The notes under the pieces were generated by a model. That model was not told the origin of the DNA. It searched no databases and saw only the letters and a list, made by a program, of their open reading frames with translations. The position numbers and the translations under genes were made by a program. DNA of 61,570 nucleotides from Rhina ancylostomus (Eukaryota), in the NCBI GenBank assembly GCA_030265395.1, contig JARFYF010000112.1:18108140-18169709 (forward strand), written 5' to 3'. Shown in pieces: positions 37,236 through 49,696 of the stretch. The first letter of the stretch is position 1. Every line of letters begins with the position of its first letter.

Positions 37236-38910
37236 AGGAAAAGAATGAATTTAAAAAAAAACACTACAATAGCTGGACCTTGGTCTTTCCTCCATCACTT
37301 TACTCGGGATGTATCTGGATGGATTCTTGTTCTTTGTCCATTGTTTAATGTGGGTAATCTGGTTTCCTTTTATTTTTCATTCACTGTCTCTCTTCACTTG
37401 GCTATCTTGCCATTCAACATATTAAAGACTTGAATGAACAGCAGAACACTGATCTTTTGTCATAACTTTACTTCATTTATTGTTCTTTCATTCCTTTTAT
37501 TGGGTTTCAAGTTTTCCTTTTATTCAGCAAGGGCAGTGAAGTTGCCCACCAGGAGTTAATTTCAATTTACTGAGTTCTTGCCTTTCTCTGGAGTTTCAAA
37601 TATTTTGTAAACAGTTTGAGAATCGGTTATAGTTTGCTGGAACTACAGCAAAATTTCCATTTGTTGACAAACTCAGCTTTAATTGGATTTTGCATTACCT
37701 CAAAGATTTCAAAAGTGTAGGCTATAACTAGAGTGACTATGGTTGAAGAAAAGTTGCAGACCCAAGTTAATTGGAATTTTAAAAATACACTAGCACCTTT
37801 TGAACCAAAACAATTTTTCTTTTGCTGTTTTAATTGAGGAAAAGCCTTTTTTAAGCATTGTGACAACATGCATGTCCATTGTTTAGAAAGATCTTAAAGA
37901 GACTTGAAGCATAATACATGTAGATAGTCATACGGAATGGAAACAGGCACTTTGGCTCAACTGGTCCGTGTCAAACAAGATGCTCATCCAAGTTAGTCTC
38001 ATTTGGGCTATATCCCTCTAAACCTTTCCTATCCATGCAGCTGTGTAACTGTCTTTTAAAAGTTGTTATTTTACCTGCTAAATATGTTTTAATTATTCTT
38101 GGGTATTGGAGTGAATGATAGAAGAACTAAATGTCTTGATGCTGATTTCTGATTCATGACAAAAACTGCACAAGTAATCTGCCATTGTCATTTACTTGGA
38201 AAGAGAGGATTATCTGCTCATTATTTGTATATTATATCAAATTGGATGCAACTTCACAGAAGGAAACAAAAGACTCACCATGTGCAATCACTATTTACTA
38301 CTGTCAGTCTTGCACCTCTGCACCTAAACACTGACAGTAGGACAGAGCATTCTTCAAAATGCGATTCCAGCTATCTTTGACAAATTTTAAGATTTATTAA
38401 GTCAGTGTTCTTGTAACATCTACAGTAATTTACCACAGTAGGAAAACCTGCAAACTGCTTGAACTAGAATAAAACTTTGGATTAGTTGATTTGTAATGAC
38501 ATCAAAGGATGTTGGTATGTTTCACATATGGCAAATTTTAAAGTGAGAACTGATTTCTTTTCCAGAAGATACCAACCATAATCTGAATAGCCTAATATTG
38601 AAAGCAGCTGAAGAAAAGCAAAATACTAGTGGATATTTATATTGAAAATTAAAATTGCTAGAAATTTTCTGGTGGGGTGACACTTGAAAAGGTTTATATT
38701 TCAGGTCCAAGACTTTTCATTTCTGGGAAATAGAAGAGTTAGAGGGTGGCTTTGGCTGGAGGTACCCAGACAGGAAAAAACAAAAGTGCAGGTCTCTGAT
38801 AGGGGAGAATGTTGGAGAGATTAAAAGTTTAAAGAAATGTGAGTTTGTCTGAGATGCGACTGAAGAAATTGATTACCAGTTTAACACGTATCTGGACAAT
38901 GTGTTTGCTA

Positions 38911-39995
38911 TGTTATGTACCAGCAACAAAAGAAATACACCGAGACATGTATAAGTGTTTAAAAACTACTTTATTAATAACTACTTATGATAATAAGAAA
39001 AATAAAAGTTAGAATGTTAGAACTAAAAATGTTAAACCCCGAACATTAACCCCCAAAAACTAACTAAATTTGTTGTGTGTGTGTGTGTGGCAAATACCCA
39101 AACTCCACGTCCAGGAATGGTTCTTAAAGTTCAGTTCAGCAAGCCATAAGGTGAAACATGAGTAAAGGCTTCTTCAACAACCACCGTTGTCTGGAGGTAA
39201 AATGTAGATGCAGAGATATAATAGAGAGTATACTGGCCGTCCACACAAACCACCTGTTTCCTTCTCCAGGTCAACAACCAAGTGAACTCCACTTCTTCAT
39301 TTTGACGTGTCTGACACACCCTAGAGCATCCGTGCCATGGCTGTCTACACCAACTATCTGTTTTCCTCCACAGGTTACCGACAAAGTGAACTGCACTGGA
39401 TTACTCTCAACAATCCATACATGGATTGCAGTGACAGTCACAGTTATTGTTTCCCATACATCAATAGAGAANNNNNNNNNNNNNNNNNNNNNNNNNNNNN
39501 NNNNNNNNNNNNNNNNNNNNNNNNNNNNNNNNNNNNNNNNNNNNNNNNNNNNNNNNNNNNNNNNNNNNNNNNNNNNNNNNNNNNNNNNNNNNNNNNNNNN
39601 NNNNNNNNNNNNNNNNNNNNNNNNNNNNNNNNNNNNNNNNNNNNNNNNNNNNNNNNNNNNNNNNNNNNNNNNNNNNNNNNNNNNNNNNNNNNNNNNNNNN
39701 NNNNNNNNNNNNNNNNNNNNNNNNNNNNNNNNNNNNNNNNNNNNNNNNNNNNNNNNNNNNNNNNNNNNNNNNNNNNNNNNNNNNNNNNNNNNNNNNNNNN
39801 NNNNNNNNNNNNNNNNNNNNNNNNNNNNNNNNNCTCTCTCCTTCAGACTGACCAGGACTGGTTGTTTCAAGAACAACGTCATGATGTTCTTTACCTTCTG
39901 TTGATGAAAGCACGCCACACGCACACACACACGCGCACATGCGCGCACACACACTATCTGAATGGGACACTCACTTATAGTCCTAGTTCATAACA
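38911..39995 (-). mobile_element. Putative solo LTR (Gypsy-like termini), with an internal gap
   Basis: Inverted termini TGTTATG (38911-38917) and CATAACA (39989-39995); - strand AATAAA at 38970-38975, ~60 nt from the end; internal (GT)n and (CA)n tracts. No target-site duplication visible. Confidence 0.6.
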
Positions 39996-40899
39996 CAAGA
40001 TGACTACAGCTGAAAGCTTTCACTTTCCACTTCTATCAAGGAACAAATCGCCTCTGCCCAGGAAGCTATTTCTGACGTTCAGAAAGTGGGGTGTTCCTCC
40101 GAAGGCGGGATTCACAAAACAATTGCTAACATTCCATTTTATGTATTTTTAATCCCTTGAAACGATGAATTCTTTTCTTGTGGGAAACCATGGCGCTGTA
40201 ATCAAAAGGATATTCCTTCAGGTAGTCTGACACTATTAATGAGGCATCTCTCTAAGGCAGCAACAAGATCCATTATAACCTCGCAGTCCGGAGACCTCGC
40301 TGGGTGCAATGTGTTTGCACTGGTTCTCTGCATCGTTGCAAACACACGATTGGCTGCAATCACTTGGGATCTTACACTGTGGCCCTTCCCATGGAGTCAT
40401 TGGCTCCAACTTCAGCACATCAGTCTGGGCAGAGTCCCTGAAAAAGAGAAATGTTCAGGAACATGCATCAGAGAATGAATAGATTTCCATTGGGTAAAAT
40501 AATTCCACGTGAGTTATTGGGTAAGAATTTGTCAACGTTCCCACCTTCTGTCTGCCCGTCTGTCCCACTCACTGGTAGCTCACTGTCTGTATCTCAAGCC
40601 CTCTCATCACCTCACATACTCTGCTACTTTACCCCTCTATAATATACCACCCTTTGTGACTTTCTGCTTTGCCCTCTCTCTCACTCTCCCTCCCATCCTT
40701 GTTCACCCTCTCTCTCGTTATCTCACCACTCCCCCCACTCCGCATTTAATTTATGTCTTCTCTTGATCTCCAGGAAGTCCTCTCATCCCCTCAAATCGCC
40801 GCACAACCTGTGTCCACCATTCATGGAACCATCTCCACCTCTGTAACTTCCTGGAACCTGAGTTGCAGTGACGGATCGTGAGGTTCCCCCTGCAGTCTG

Positions 40900-41354
40900 A
40901 TTAAATTATTCCACATCTTAGCTGCTCCATTGACATTGAGGTGAAGAAGGCGGAGGGGGTGTTCAATATCATGGGTGGTTCTGTCATTGTTGGCTGCATC
41001 AAACCTTTCCCCTCGGCAGAGATGCCGATAACCAAAGCTGATTGAAGGTCACGAGATTGGATGGTATACGTGCAAACTTTATTTTCCCCAGTGTGCAATT
41101 GGTATTTGGAACGCACATTGCCTGAGAGGGTGGTGGAGGCAGAAAGTCTCACAACGTTCATGAATTACTTCGAACTAAGTGAAGTGTGAAGGCCTGCCAG
41201 GCCAGTGACCAAGTGTTGTGACATGGGATTAGTTTCAATGGCTTCTTGATGGGTGCCATGGGCAGAGTGTCATGGTGCTGAGTTCTGGCCCTCAATTTGG
41301 CTCCTTTAATGCCTTGTTGTCCAGCACATGGATTCCATGCTGGACTGATTGTAT
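40900..41354 (+). mobile_element. Decayed CR1 3' fragment
   Basis: CR1 C-terminal motif 'gtatttggaacgcacattgcctgagagggtggtggaggcaga' (IWNxLPERVVEA). Confidence 0.55.
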
Positions 41355-43759
41355 NNNNNNNNNNNNNNNNNNNNNNNNNNNNNNNNNNNNNNNNNNNNNN
41401 NNNNNNNNNNNNNNNNNNNNNNNNNNNNNNNNNNNNNNNNNNNNNNNNNNNNNNAGAGATGATCATCACTGCCTGGTCAGTAATATTTTTATAGTATGGT
41501 AGCCCTTGCAGCTAAATATCAGCCTCCTTTTGATCTTGTAAGAAAGTTGCTTCTGATGATGGTGAGAACTCCCATCTATATCTAGAAGACCGTGTAATTT
41601 TGGTGTATGCTGATCTCTCGGATGTCTTTGAAGTTGTGCAAACTTTTACCATTAAACTTGCATTTGGATGAGGAGCCTGTGTAATTTAATTACACTTTAA
41701 AAGGATGGGAAAGCATTTTATTTTCTATATTTTAAACTTTTTAAATGAATGTATCTTTTTCTGCAGATCCATTTTAGTGTCTATTAATTGGAAAATCACT
41801 TGCAGTAATGGGACAAAGATCCAACAAAAGCGGTCATTAGAATTGTTTAGGATGCACTCTGATTATTTTCCAAGAGATGATAGACATTTGGAGAAGCATG
41901 TTGCTGATAATGTTTGGTGAATTCTGATTCACAGAGCACCTTTGAGAAAGCTGGATGCATGCAATCAAGGTAGGAACTCTGATAAATAATGTTCAGTGTA
42001 GTCTGCAGCATATTTTGATGGTTTAAAGGGGTTGATGAGATCCCCTTTCTCCTTCTCTCATGCTTCTACATCCCCCCTCCCCCCAGGTGTGTCAGCTTCT
42101 TTCTTTTGTGTCTCTCCAGTGTTTACAGATAGGGTAGAGAGTCCAATGTGATGCAGTTCATTTTCCCTTACCATGCCTGGTGTCTGTGAAGATAGCACTA
42201 ACTTTAGACAGGTTAAAAATTTGATTGCACCTTTCAATATAACGCGGACAGTGCTAGCATCACATTGAGACCTGCTCTTCCCCAAAAGGTTGTGAAATTG
42301 GTAAGGGTAAGTGTACAACAATGTGAGTGTGGTTGCTGTCTTAAAAGCAGGGTTGAATTATGACCCTCGTGGTCCCAACAGGACCAGCATCATTGTCTCT
42401 CAGCTTTTTGTTGTGCAGCAATCAGAAAAGATCATTAGCCCTTCAAGGCACAGTCCCCATGGCAACTGGAAACCATCAGCACACAGGCTGCCTGAGGAGT
42501 GAGGGGCTGCATGGGAGAATGTTGTCAGAATGGACTATTTTTCTCCTACCCCAGGGTCAGCCACCCTCCTGGACTCATCTGTTGCACCTAGCCCCACACT
42601 CTGCCTGCCACCTGTGGAATGATCATCAAGCTAAATGGTGCATGTTTTTTCCTCATTAGTCATATTCTCCAACAAAAGCACTTATTGGTAATTTGAATGC
42701 AGACTGAACACTTAAGGATGAATGAGAATTCAATGAATTTTGGAGCTGCTTTATGAAATGTCCTGAAGTTAGCAAAGTGACTTTCTAAAAGGCACCTGAA
42801 TAAAGAACAAAGCACATTGCGCACCTTGTTCTCCCGTGACTGTTAAATCAGAAGTGTTTTTCTGGACATTTTATGGTGCCAGAGGTTGAAATATGCCTTG
42901 CACTAAACTGCCATCATTAAGTGCAGTTAGTTGCTGGACATCCTGAAGTTGTCACTGGAATTGAATGGGCTAATTCTGGGATCGGCACTATTTCATCTGG
43001 AAATGATCACTGATTTACTTTGGGTAAAGTCAAATTTGGATTGTATAGCGCTGAGAAAAAACAGTACTATGCAATCCAATTTCTAGACAGGACTGTTAAG
43101 TACATTGAAATTCAATAGGCACCAACAGTCATAGCAATTGAGTTCTTAACGTAGCAGCAGATACTAACATTTCAAATGGAAAGAGGAAACACATAACTGC
43201 TATAGTTGATGTGTCAAACTACTTGTACCAGCATTATGTTAAGTATGAAGCATTCTGCTCAATTCTATAACTGTGAAAAGCTGTTCCAATCCTGTAATAT
43301 GAAAGGTTGAATCCAGTAATCAAAGTTTCCAAATCTTATAAAACCCTTCTTGGCACAATGGCATTTCAATTCCCTACAATATTTGTTTCAATGATTTCTT
43401 CACCCCACCCACATAAAGTTTCTAAAGTTTTAGTTCAGTATCAAATCTGGGCAACTTTGTGCACACTACATTCTGAGAGAGATTAATTGGGTTGCATAGA
43501 CCCATAGCTGATTGTAGTGGATAGAATCCAACCCAGGTTTTTGGAAAGGAATGAGCTTCCTTTCAAAACGGCTCCCTTGAATTGAAAGAACTGTTAAAAG
43601 TCAACATACCTAGCCCCCTTAAACTTCCATTTTGAGTGGTAGTTCAGTGATTTATTTTGTGCAGGTGTTTGATAGATAGAAAAAAGATGACAAAATAACT
43701 GTGTTTATAGATGTAAGAAAGAATAATTGTAAAGTACATGAGTTTGTGATTTAAAGTCC

Positions 43760-43765
43760 TTTATT
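43760..43765 (-). terminator. Probable MYH11 polyadenylation signal AATAAA
   Basis: TTTATT on +, ~650 nt past the SM1 stop and followed by a U-rich tract on the - strand. Alternatives at 44076-44081 and 43651-43656. Confidence 0.5.
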
Positions 43766-44409
43766 TGTGATGGTGGGTCATAAACAGCTTCAGAGATACT
43801 TTGCAGACAGTTTAGCAAGTTATGAATATATTACTGCAAATAATAGATTAATTTTAAATCCAGTACTTCAAGTGGCTAAAAAAAAGCACTTCTCTAGAAC
43901 TCTGTGACCAGTATTGCTATGGTCTAGTAGGCATGTATTGCAAATAGTACAGTAATGTGCTTGGTTCTTTCTATAAAGGCACAGATGGGCCACCCATCTC
44001 TAATGAATCTGTGTCGATGAGCAAGATCAAATCATTTCAGTAAGGGAAGTGTGCATTCTTATAATATTGATCTATTTTATTCATGGTCCAGTGGCAAAAT
44101 AATCACCTATTTTAGAATCTTATCCCATCAGGCAGTGCACTTTTAGGGATACATGTTTTAGCCTGCATTTTTACAGTGTATTTTAAATGCTAGAATATTT
44201 GAAACTTTGATACCTGTAAAACATTTAGTAAAATAAAATGGTTTTGACTACATGCATGTGAAAATAGTTGTTTTATCATGATGGGGTAGTTTGAAGGGTA
44301 GAAAAACTGTGCCCTGTTAAATACCGTGTGTGACCTTTTTAAAGCTTTTTCTAAGCATCTATATATATTTTCCCCCTTCTATACCGTAGTACTGTATGCT
44401 ACACTGTCA

Positions 44410-44551
44410 TTATTCAGTAGATTTTGTGCTGTTGAAGTCTACATCTCGTCCTCCAACGTCTTCATCAGAGTTTTCTAGTGAAGCGTTATCAATCACTCCG
44501 CGTCTGCCACCAGATCTCCGAGCACCGCCTAGCACAGGCTCATTTCCACGC
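44410..44551 (-). CDS. MYH11: MYH11 terminal exon (SM1 non-helical tailpiece)
   Basis: (R)RGNEPVLGGARRSGGRRGVIDNASLENSDEDVGGRDVDFNSTKSTE*; TAA followed by TGA; acceptor GTAG. RRGNE/RRSGGRR/DFN match the MYH11 SM1 tail rather than MYH9 or MYH10. Confidence 0.94.
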
Positions 44552-46624
44552 CTACATCAGAAAATGCAGCATATTAGCAGATGAGAAGAGTCAGCGCCAA
44601 CAATAAGTAATCCAATATTTAGCCAACCTCTCCGAACCACCCTGGCAGCATTTTTGCATATTGGGCAAAAAAAAAAGCCCAAGATGTGGTTAATCAAACA
44701 CTATATGAATGTAAGGGCTCCCCATGTTTGAGATCATTCATCAAAAAACTGTTTCGTTCAACAATAAATTAGTTCTGTGTAAGTGTCTCTCGGGTTTGGC
44801 TGGTAGATTGCGCTTATATTTTAAGATTTTTTTAAACGATGCAGCACTTTTAAAAACCTGTTCTGAAGGATTCTAAGAGTTAGGGCTTGACATTAGATTT
44901 GTCAGTCCTGGTATACACTTGATGGAATATTGCTGTTTTTTGTTGACTGTTGATCTTGGAGACTTGGTGAGATGAAGATTTGCTTTTATTTTCAAGTTTC
45001 TAACCTTTGTTGTTGAATGACAGCCATTCTCACTATCAGTCAGACAGCACAAAACTGCAGTGGTCTCTCTGTGCCTGTTGTGCCACATTTAACTATAGGA
45101 ACTTTAGAACATGCATATTGACTTGCTTGGAGACTACACATGCAAGGAGTACCAATGGCTGTATAGGTACTTTTGTTTCTCAGAATCTACCTATGCAAAA
45201 TCTACAGCTATGTTCAAGCAGTTTAATTCCAAATACAAGTGAAGTTAGAAAAACAGCATCAGTGAGTCTAGCTAGTTGATTGTGTGTGACAGGGTAATAA
45301 TCTATTGTGTATTTACTTTCCGGCTCCAGTGTTTTGATAGGAACTGTAGAGAACTTAAAACGGGTACAAATCAAACCTAAAATCCTACATTATTTCAGTT
45401 TAAATAAATTATATATATTTTTCTTCTGTTTGTCTTTAAATGAAGATATTTCAGTGAACAAGCTTTAGCCATGCTTCCTGATTGGCATATGTTTCTTTAA
45501 CCCTTTGAGGACCAAGGGATTGTTATAATTTCCAAGATATTCATCTCAATTAAATCATCAGTTAATGTCTAATTTATTATTTGAATATTCCAGAATTAAA
45601 ATTATAATTTTATTGAAATAATATGGTGAATATTCACTTCATTGCAATGCTTATATAATCCTCAAAGGGCTTGGGAAAATAAAACAGCTTGATAATATGG
45701 AATTAATGAAGCAAATAGGGTCAAACCCTTAACTGCCGCAAAATTGTGTTTTGAAAAATTCCAATGGGAATGTTTGCTTTCACAGAAAATATCCCAAATT
45801 ATTGTATGGATTATATTTCCAGCAATGTGGCCTACTTTGCTATGGAGTTGTGGGAGCTAGTTTAAGTTCTGGTCATCCGTAATGTCTGTCTTCAAAGAAA
45901 TAAAAACAGAATGTTTTCACCAAGGTCAGCTATCTGGAATACAATCACCCCCAAGAATGAATTAGTCTGTGGCACTGTTCTCAGATTTTATCTATGTCTA
46001 GCTACAAAAAGTCAGTTCCAAATATTGAGGGAAAAAATTCCATCCAAATCCAGGCTAAAGTAGGTTTGACTAATCTCTTGGCTGATTTGGCAGTGTAAGG
46101 GTTGGCACAATGGTTAGTGACAGCCTTGAGAGTGTGCGAAGATTGCACAGTTCACTGCACGTACATAGCAGTATTAAAAGTATCAAGCTTTTTTCTGTAA
46201 CAATCCATTAGAATTTTATTCTGTTTATTTTACCACATGCAATGTCATTTTCATGAAAACTAATTCAGGCGTATCAAAATCAAGATACATTTAAGTGCCA
46301 TTCACTAGGAATAACTGGCATTTCAGCTCAATGTCAGCTTGAAGCATTATAATCAATGCCTATTTTATCTAACATGTGGTATAAACAGAACACATGATGA
46401 AAAACCATGAGATAAGATTTATATTTCTCTAGGATGCTCACTATAATATGTCATATATAAATCGCATCCCGTGGCTCTTTCATCTTTAGATCACTTTATT
46501 TTCTAACATCAATCCTCAGACTTCAGAGTTTTCAGAAACTTGTCAGTATTTAAGGAGGAAATGAGATGGAAATTTGAGCAATATGGAAAGTTGCATAGCT
46601 GAGGTTTGGGAGGTACCTGGATGT

Positions 46625-46649
46625 TCACTGAGCAGGCTCATGTGCACCT
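46625..46649 (-). CDS. MYH11: MYH11 SM2-type alternative exon (exon 46617-46649, 33 nt; coding part given)
   Basis: On the - strand: cttgtctttattacag|A GGT GCA CAT GAG CCT GCT CAG TGA ACATCCAG|gtacct, encoding (R)GAHEPAQ*. Same position, phase and early-stop layout as the mammalian SM2 exon (GPPPQETSQ*). Confidence 0.82.
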
Positions 46650-48760
46650 CTGTAATAAAGACAAGATTTCCCTCATGGTTACATGTCATTCCCATCATAA
46701 ACAGTTCTTAAAGCAAATAATAATCAGATCCCATTGATGTTGTGCAGAAGTCTACAGGCTGAAAATCTCAGCTTGTCTAAATCTACTATCATTGAAACCA
46801 CTCCATATTAGATGGTGTATACAGTATACAGATAGTAACCATCTAACAATGGTTATTTTACATTGCATGATAGCTGAAGAATGGAATCTGCACTGACCTC
46901 TCAAAAGTGTTACACAGATCAATTAGAGTAAATATGTATAGCTCATTAGCTTTGAAAGTTTTCCTTGGGCAAATGATGTTAAGTACCTAGTCATGTAATG
47001 GTTATGATACTAGACTAAGATAAGATTATTAGCCTAATATTATAAGTCAAAAGGTTTTTTAAAAATTGGAACAGCACAATAAAAGTGACTATAAAAGCCA
47101 CTGAATCAAAACAACCAGAATACAAATGTCCTCAGGAATGGGAAAATGCCACCTTTGATATTCTGAGCTACACAAAACGTTAATTCCTGAGATCTGTGAT
47201 TGAGGCTTAATGTCTCTTAAAGTAGCCCTAATTGCCAATCATTTGTGTGAATACGAAGGTTCCCTCCCATCACTTAAGTCCAATTAGGAAAGGGTGATTA
47301 ATCACAAACATTCCAACCCTCCCAAGATTGACCTCCCAAGAACGGGGGTTTATGCCTTTTACTGGTAAACTATCTAGCCTAGTCCTGGCATAGGCACAGT
47401 TTTTCCAAAATCGATCATGGACTGATCATAGCAATTGGGAGACTTAATTTGCTTGCCTTTCCTCTTTTCCTCATCCCAAAACCCACCTTGTGAGGGATTT
47501 TGCCAGGTACTTTCTCTCATTTTCCCTACTGTTTGTATCACTAATGTATGTTCATCCCATGAGGTCCTAAATGGTCCTTCCAGGCACGCCCCCTTGACTT
47601 TCTGCCATAGACTGATAAACAATAGGGAACAATGGCAGTGATGAGGCCCCCTTTATTTCTCATTTCCTTAAGTGAGTCTTAATAACAGTTTTAAAATGAC
47701 ATTTCACTTAATCAAAGACGCTTGAAACCATCCTCCTCCCCAGTCTAAAATTATTCCAATGTTCTTTATGTAAGTGTAGTTAAAGCATGTATATTCAAAA
47801 AAATGAAAAAGTTGATCAATCTCTTGTTGCATGGTCTGTATCTATGTATATTTTTACAGAAGCAGATATTTCAGGTGTGGAACAAGTGGACAAAAAGGGC
47901 TGCTGTTTGTAGAAACAGGCAATCTGAGAGAGGTATGGTCACATGACCATTATAAGCAGCTGGTAATTCAGCAGTGGCTTGTGCAGACATCATACGTCCA
48001 CTTTAAATGAGGCAAGTTTGGAGCTGTGGGTCTTGGCCCTGTATACTCGCATCTGTTGGGTAGAATTTCTCTGACTGCTTGCCTTGAACCCCAGGCTACC
48101 TTCTGAGCACTATCATTCATTTGTCTCCTGTTTCAAGAGAATATTATTGGTTCCCAATTTCTCCATTTTTGGATTAGATTTGTTCATTTCTTGTTAGTTT
48201 TTTTTGTGTAGTTGCTTGGGTCACCCCTTCCAGAAATATCTTGTGTGTCTGTCTTGCATTGCTCCTTTTTTTGTACCAACCCTCACCTTCAGTTGTTGGA
48301 GACCTAGGCCACATTTAACAGACATGTTGTCCATTTCCCTTCATTACCTTGTTCTTGATGCAGCTGTCAATCCGAACCCGGATCATGAATCTGACCGCTC
48401 AGTTAATTAGGGAACAGAGCTGAAATTTGACAGCTGCTTTCCATTCCTCACTGTAATTGCGTCGTGACTAGCATGAAGTGATCAGTGGCAGTGGAAGTGG
48501 ACAGAGCAGTGAATGGGACCAGGAGAGGAAACACCAATTCTGGGAGATTTGTGAACAAAATGGGAAAGACAACCATATTGCTTTAAGGTAGGGGCACATG
48601 CAGGGTGGAACCAGCAGAGATATAGCCTGAGGGCACATGTGTATAAAATGTGTGGGTTTAAATGCCCCTCTGAAAGGAGTCAAATTTAAATTCCTGTGTG
48701 TGCCCCCGGCAAAGTAGAATTCAAACCAAATCTACTCAATCCTATTAAGGAAATTAAATA

Positions 48761-49131
48761 CAGGCAGTCTCCAGGTTACGACAGGGTTTTGTTCCTGAGA
48801 ACTGTCCGTAACCTGAACTGCTTGTGAATCGGATAGGAGTAGTTCACAGTAGTGCATGGGAGTAGTTCACAGACACAGCTGTGACAGGAGAGCGAGCAGG
48901 TGCAGGAAGAGTGCTGCCAGCCAGCCTCACTGATTCAGTGAGTGAGTGATTGAATGGGTCTGCTCACTCTGATTTTTTTTCTGGCTCAGGCTGGGTGGGG
49001 GAGGCTGTGGTGTGGGGAGAGAAGGCACACAGAAATGCCCTGTTCCCATCCCCATCCTAATGGTCTCTTAAACGATTGTTGGTATGTAGGGGGTGTCCAT
49101 AAGCTAGGTGTTGGTAACCTGGGGACGACGT
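48761..49131. mobile_element. Tc1/mariner (Tigger/pogo-like) MITE
   Basis: Left end TA|CAGGCAGTCTCCAGGTTACGAC; right end GTTGGTAACCTGGGGACGACGT|TA (imperfect inverted repeat). Internal direct repeat GGAGTAGTTCACAG x2. Confidence 0.6.
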
Positions 49132-49523
49132 TATCCATGGGAAACTATGGAGTNNNNNNNNNNNNNNNNNNNNNNNNNNNNNNNNNNNNNNNNNNNNNNN
49201 NNNNNNNNNNNNNNNNNNNNNNNNNNNNNNNNNNNNATTTATAACATTACAAAATATCAAAATTTTCATCTTGCCACTCTGAGAGGGAAGGTTACAGACT
49301 GGAAATTTCCATGGAGCTGTTTACAGTCTGCCCCTGTAAGTCCAGTGGAAGTCCAGGAAACACCCAGTTAATATCTATTAACCAAGGTATCTCCAGTGGC
49401 AAAGTGTCAGTCATGGAGATCAACCTGGAGGAAAGTCACAGGAAATCATCAGCGCTTCAAAGCAGACACTGTGATTCCATCTGTTTAAGGAGTTCCTACC
49501 CCACTGGTTGAGGTTGGATTTAC

Positions 49524-49696
49524 CTTAGTTTGTTCTTCAGTGTGTTACATTCACGGGTCATGGTTTCATTCAGTTCTGTGGCTTCTTCAAGCTCTCGTTG
49601 AAGCTTGCGCCGAGATGCGTTGATACGCTGGGATTCTTCCTCTGCCTCTTCCAGCTGCCGTTTGAGCTGCTTCATGCGGGAATTGCTTTTCTCTGC
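49524..49696 (-). CDS. MYH11: MYH11 last common rod exon
   Basis: [57 protein letters not shown](R); 173 nt, CAG/GT boundaries, ends in phase 2. Confidence 0.96.

Noticed and set aside
45034-45074. Alternative candidate for the MYH11 SM2 exon (41 nt, GTGAGA donor)
   Set aside because: No polypyrimidine tract, no in-exon stop and no similarity to SM2; the 46617-46649 exon fits far better.
48741-48750. Perfect CArG box CCTATTAAGG in an MYH11 intron (others at 5218-5227 and 34319-34328)
   Set aside because: CC(A/T)6GG occurs often by chance in AT-rich DNA, one copy lies in a SINE, and the known MYH11 CArG elements are at the 5' end, outside this window.
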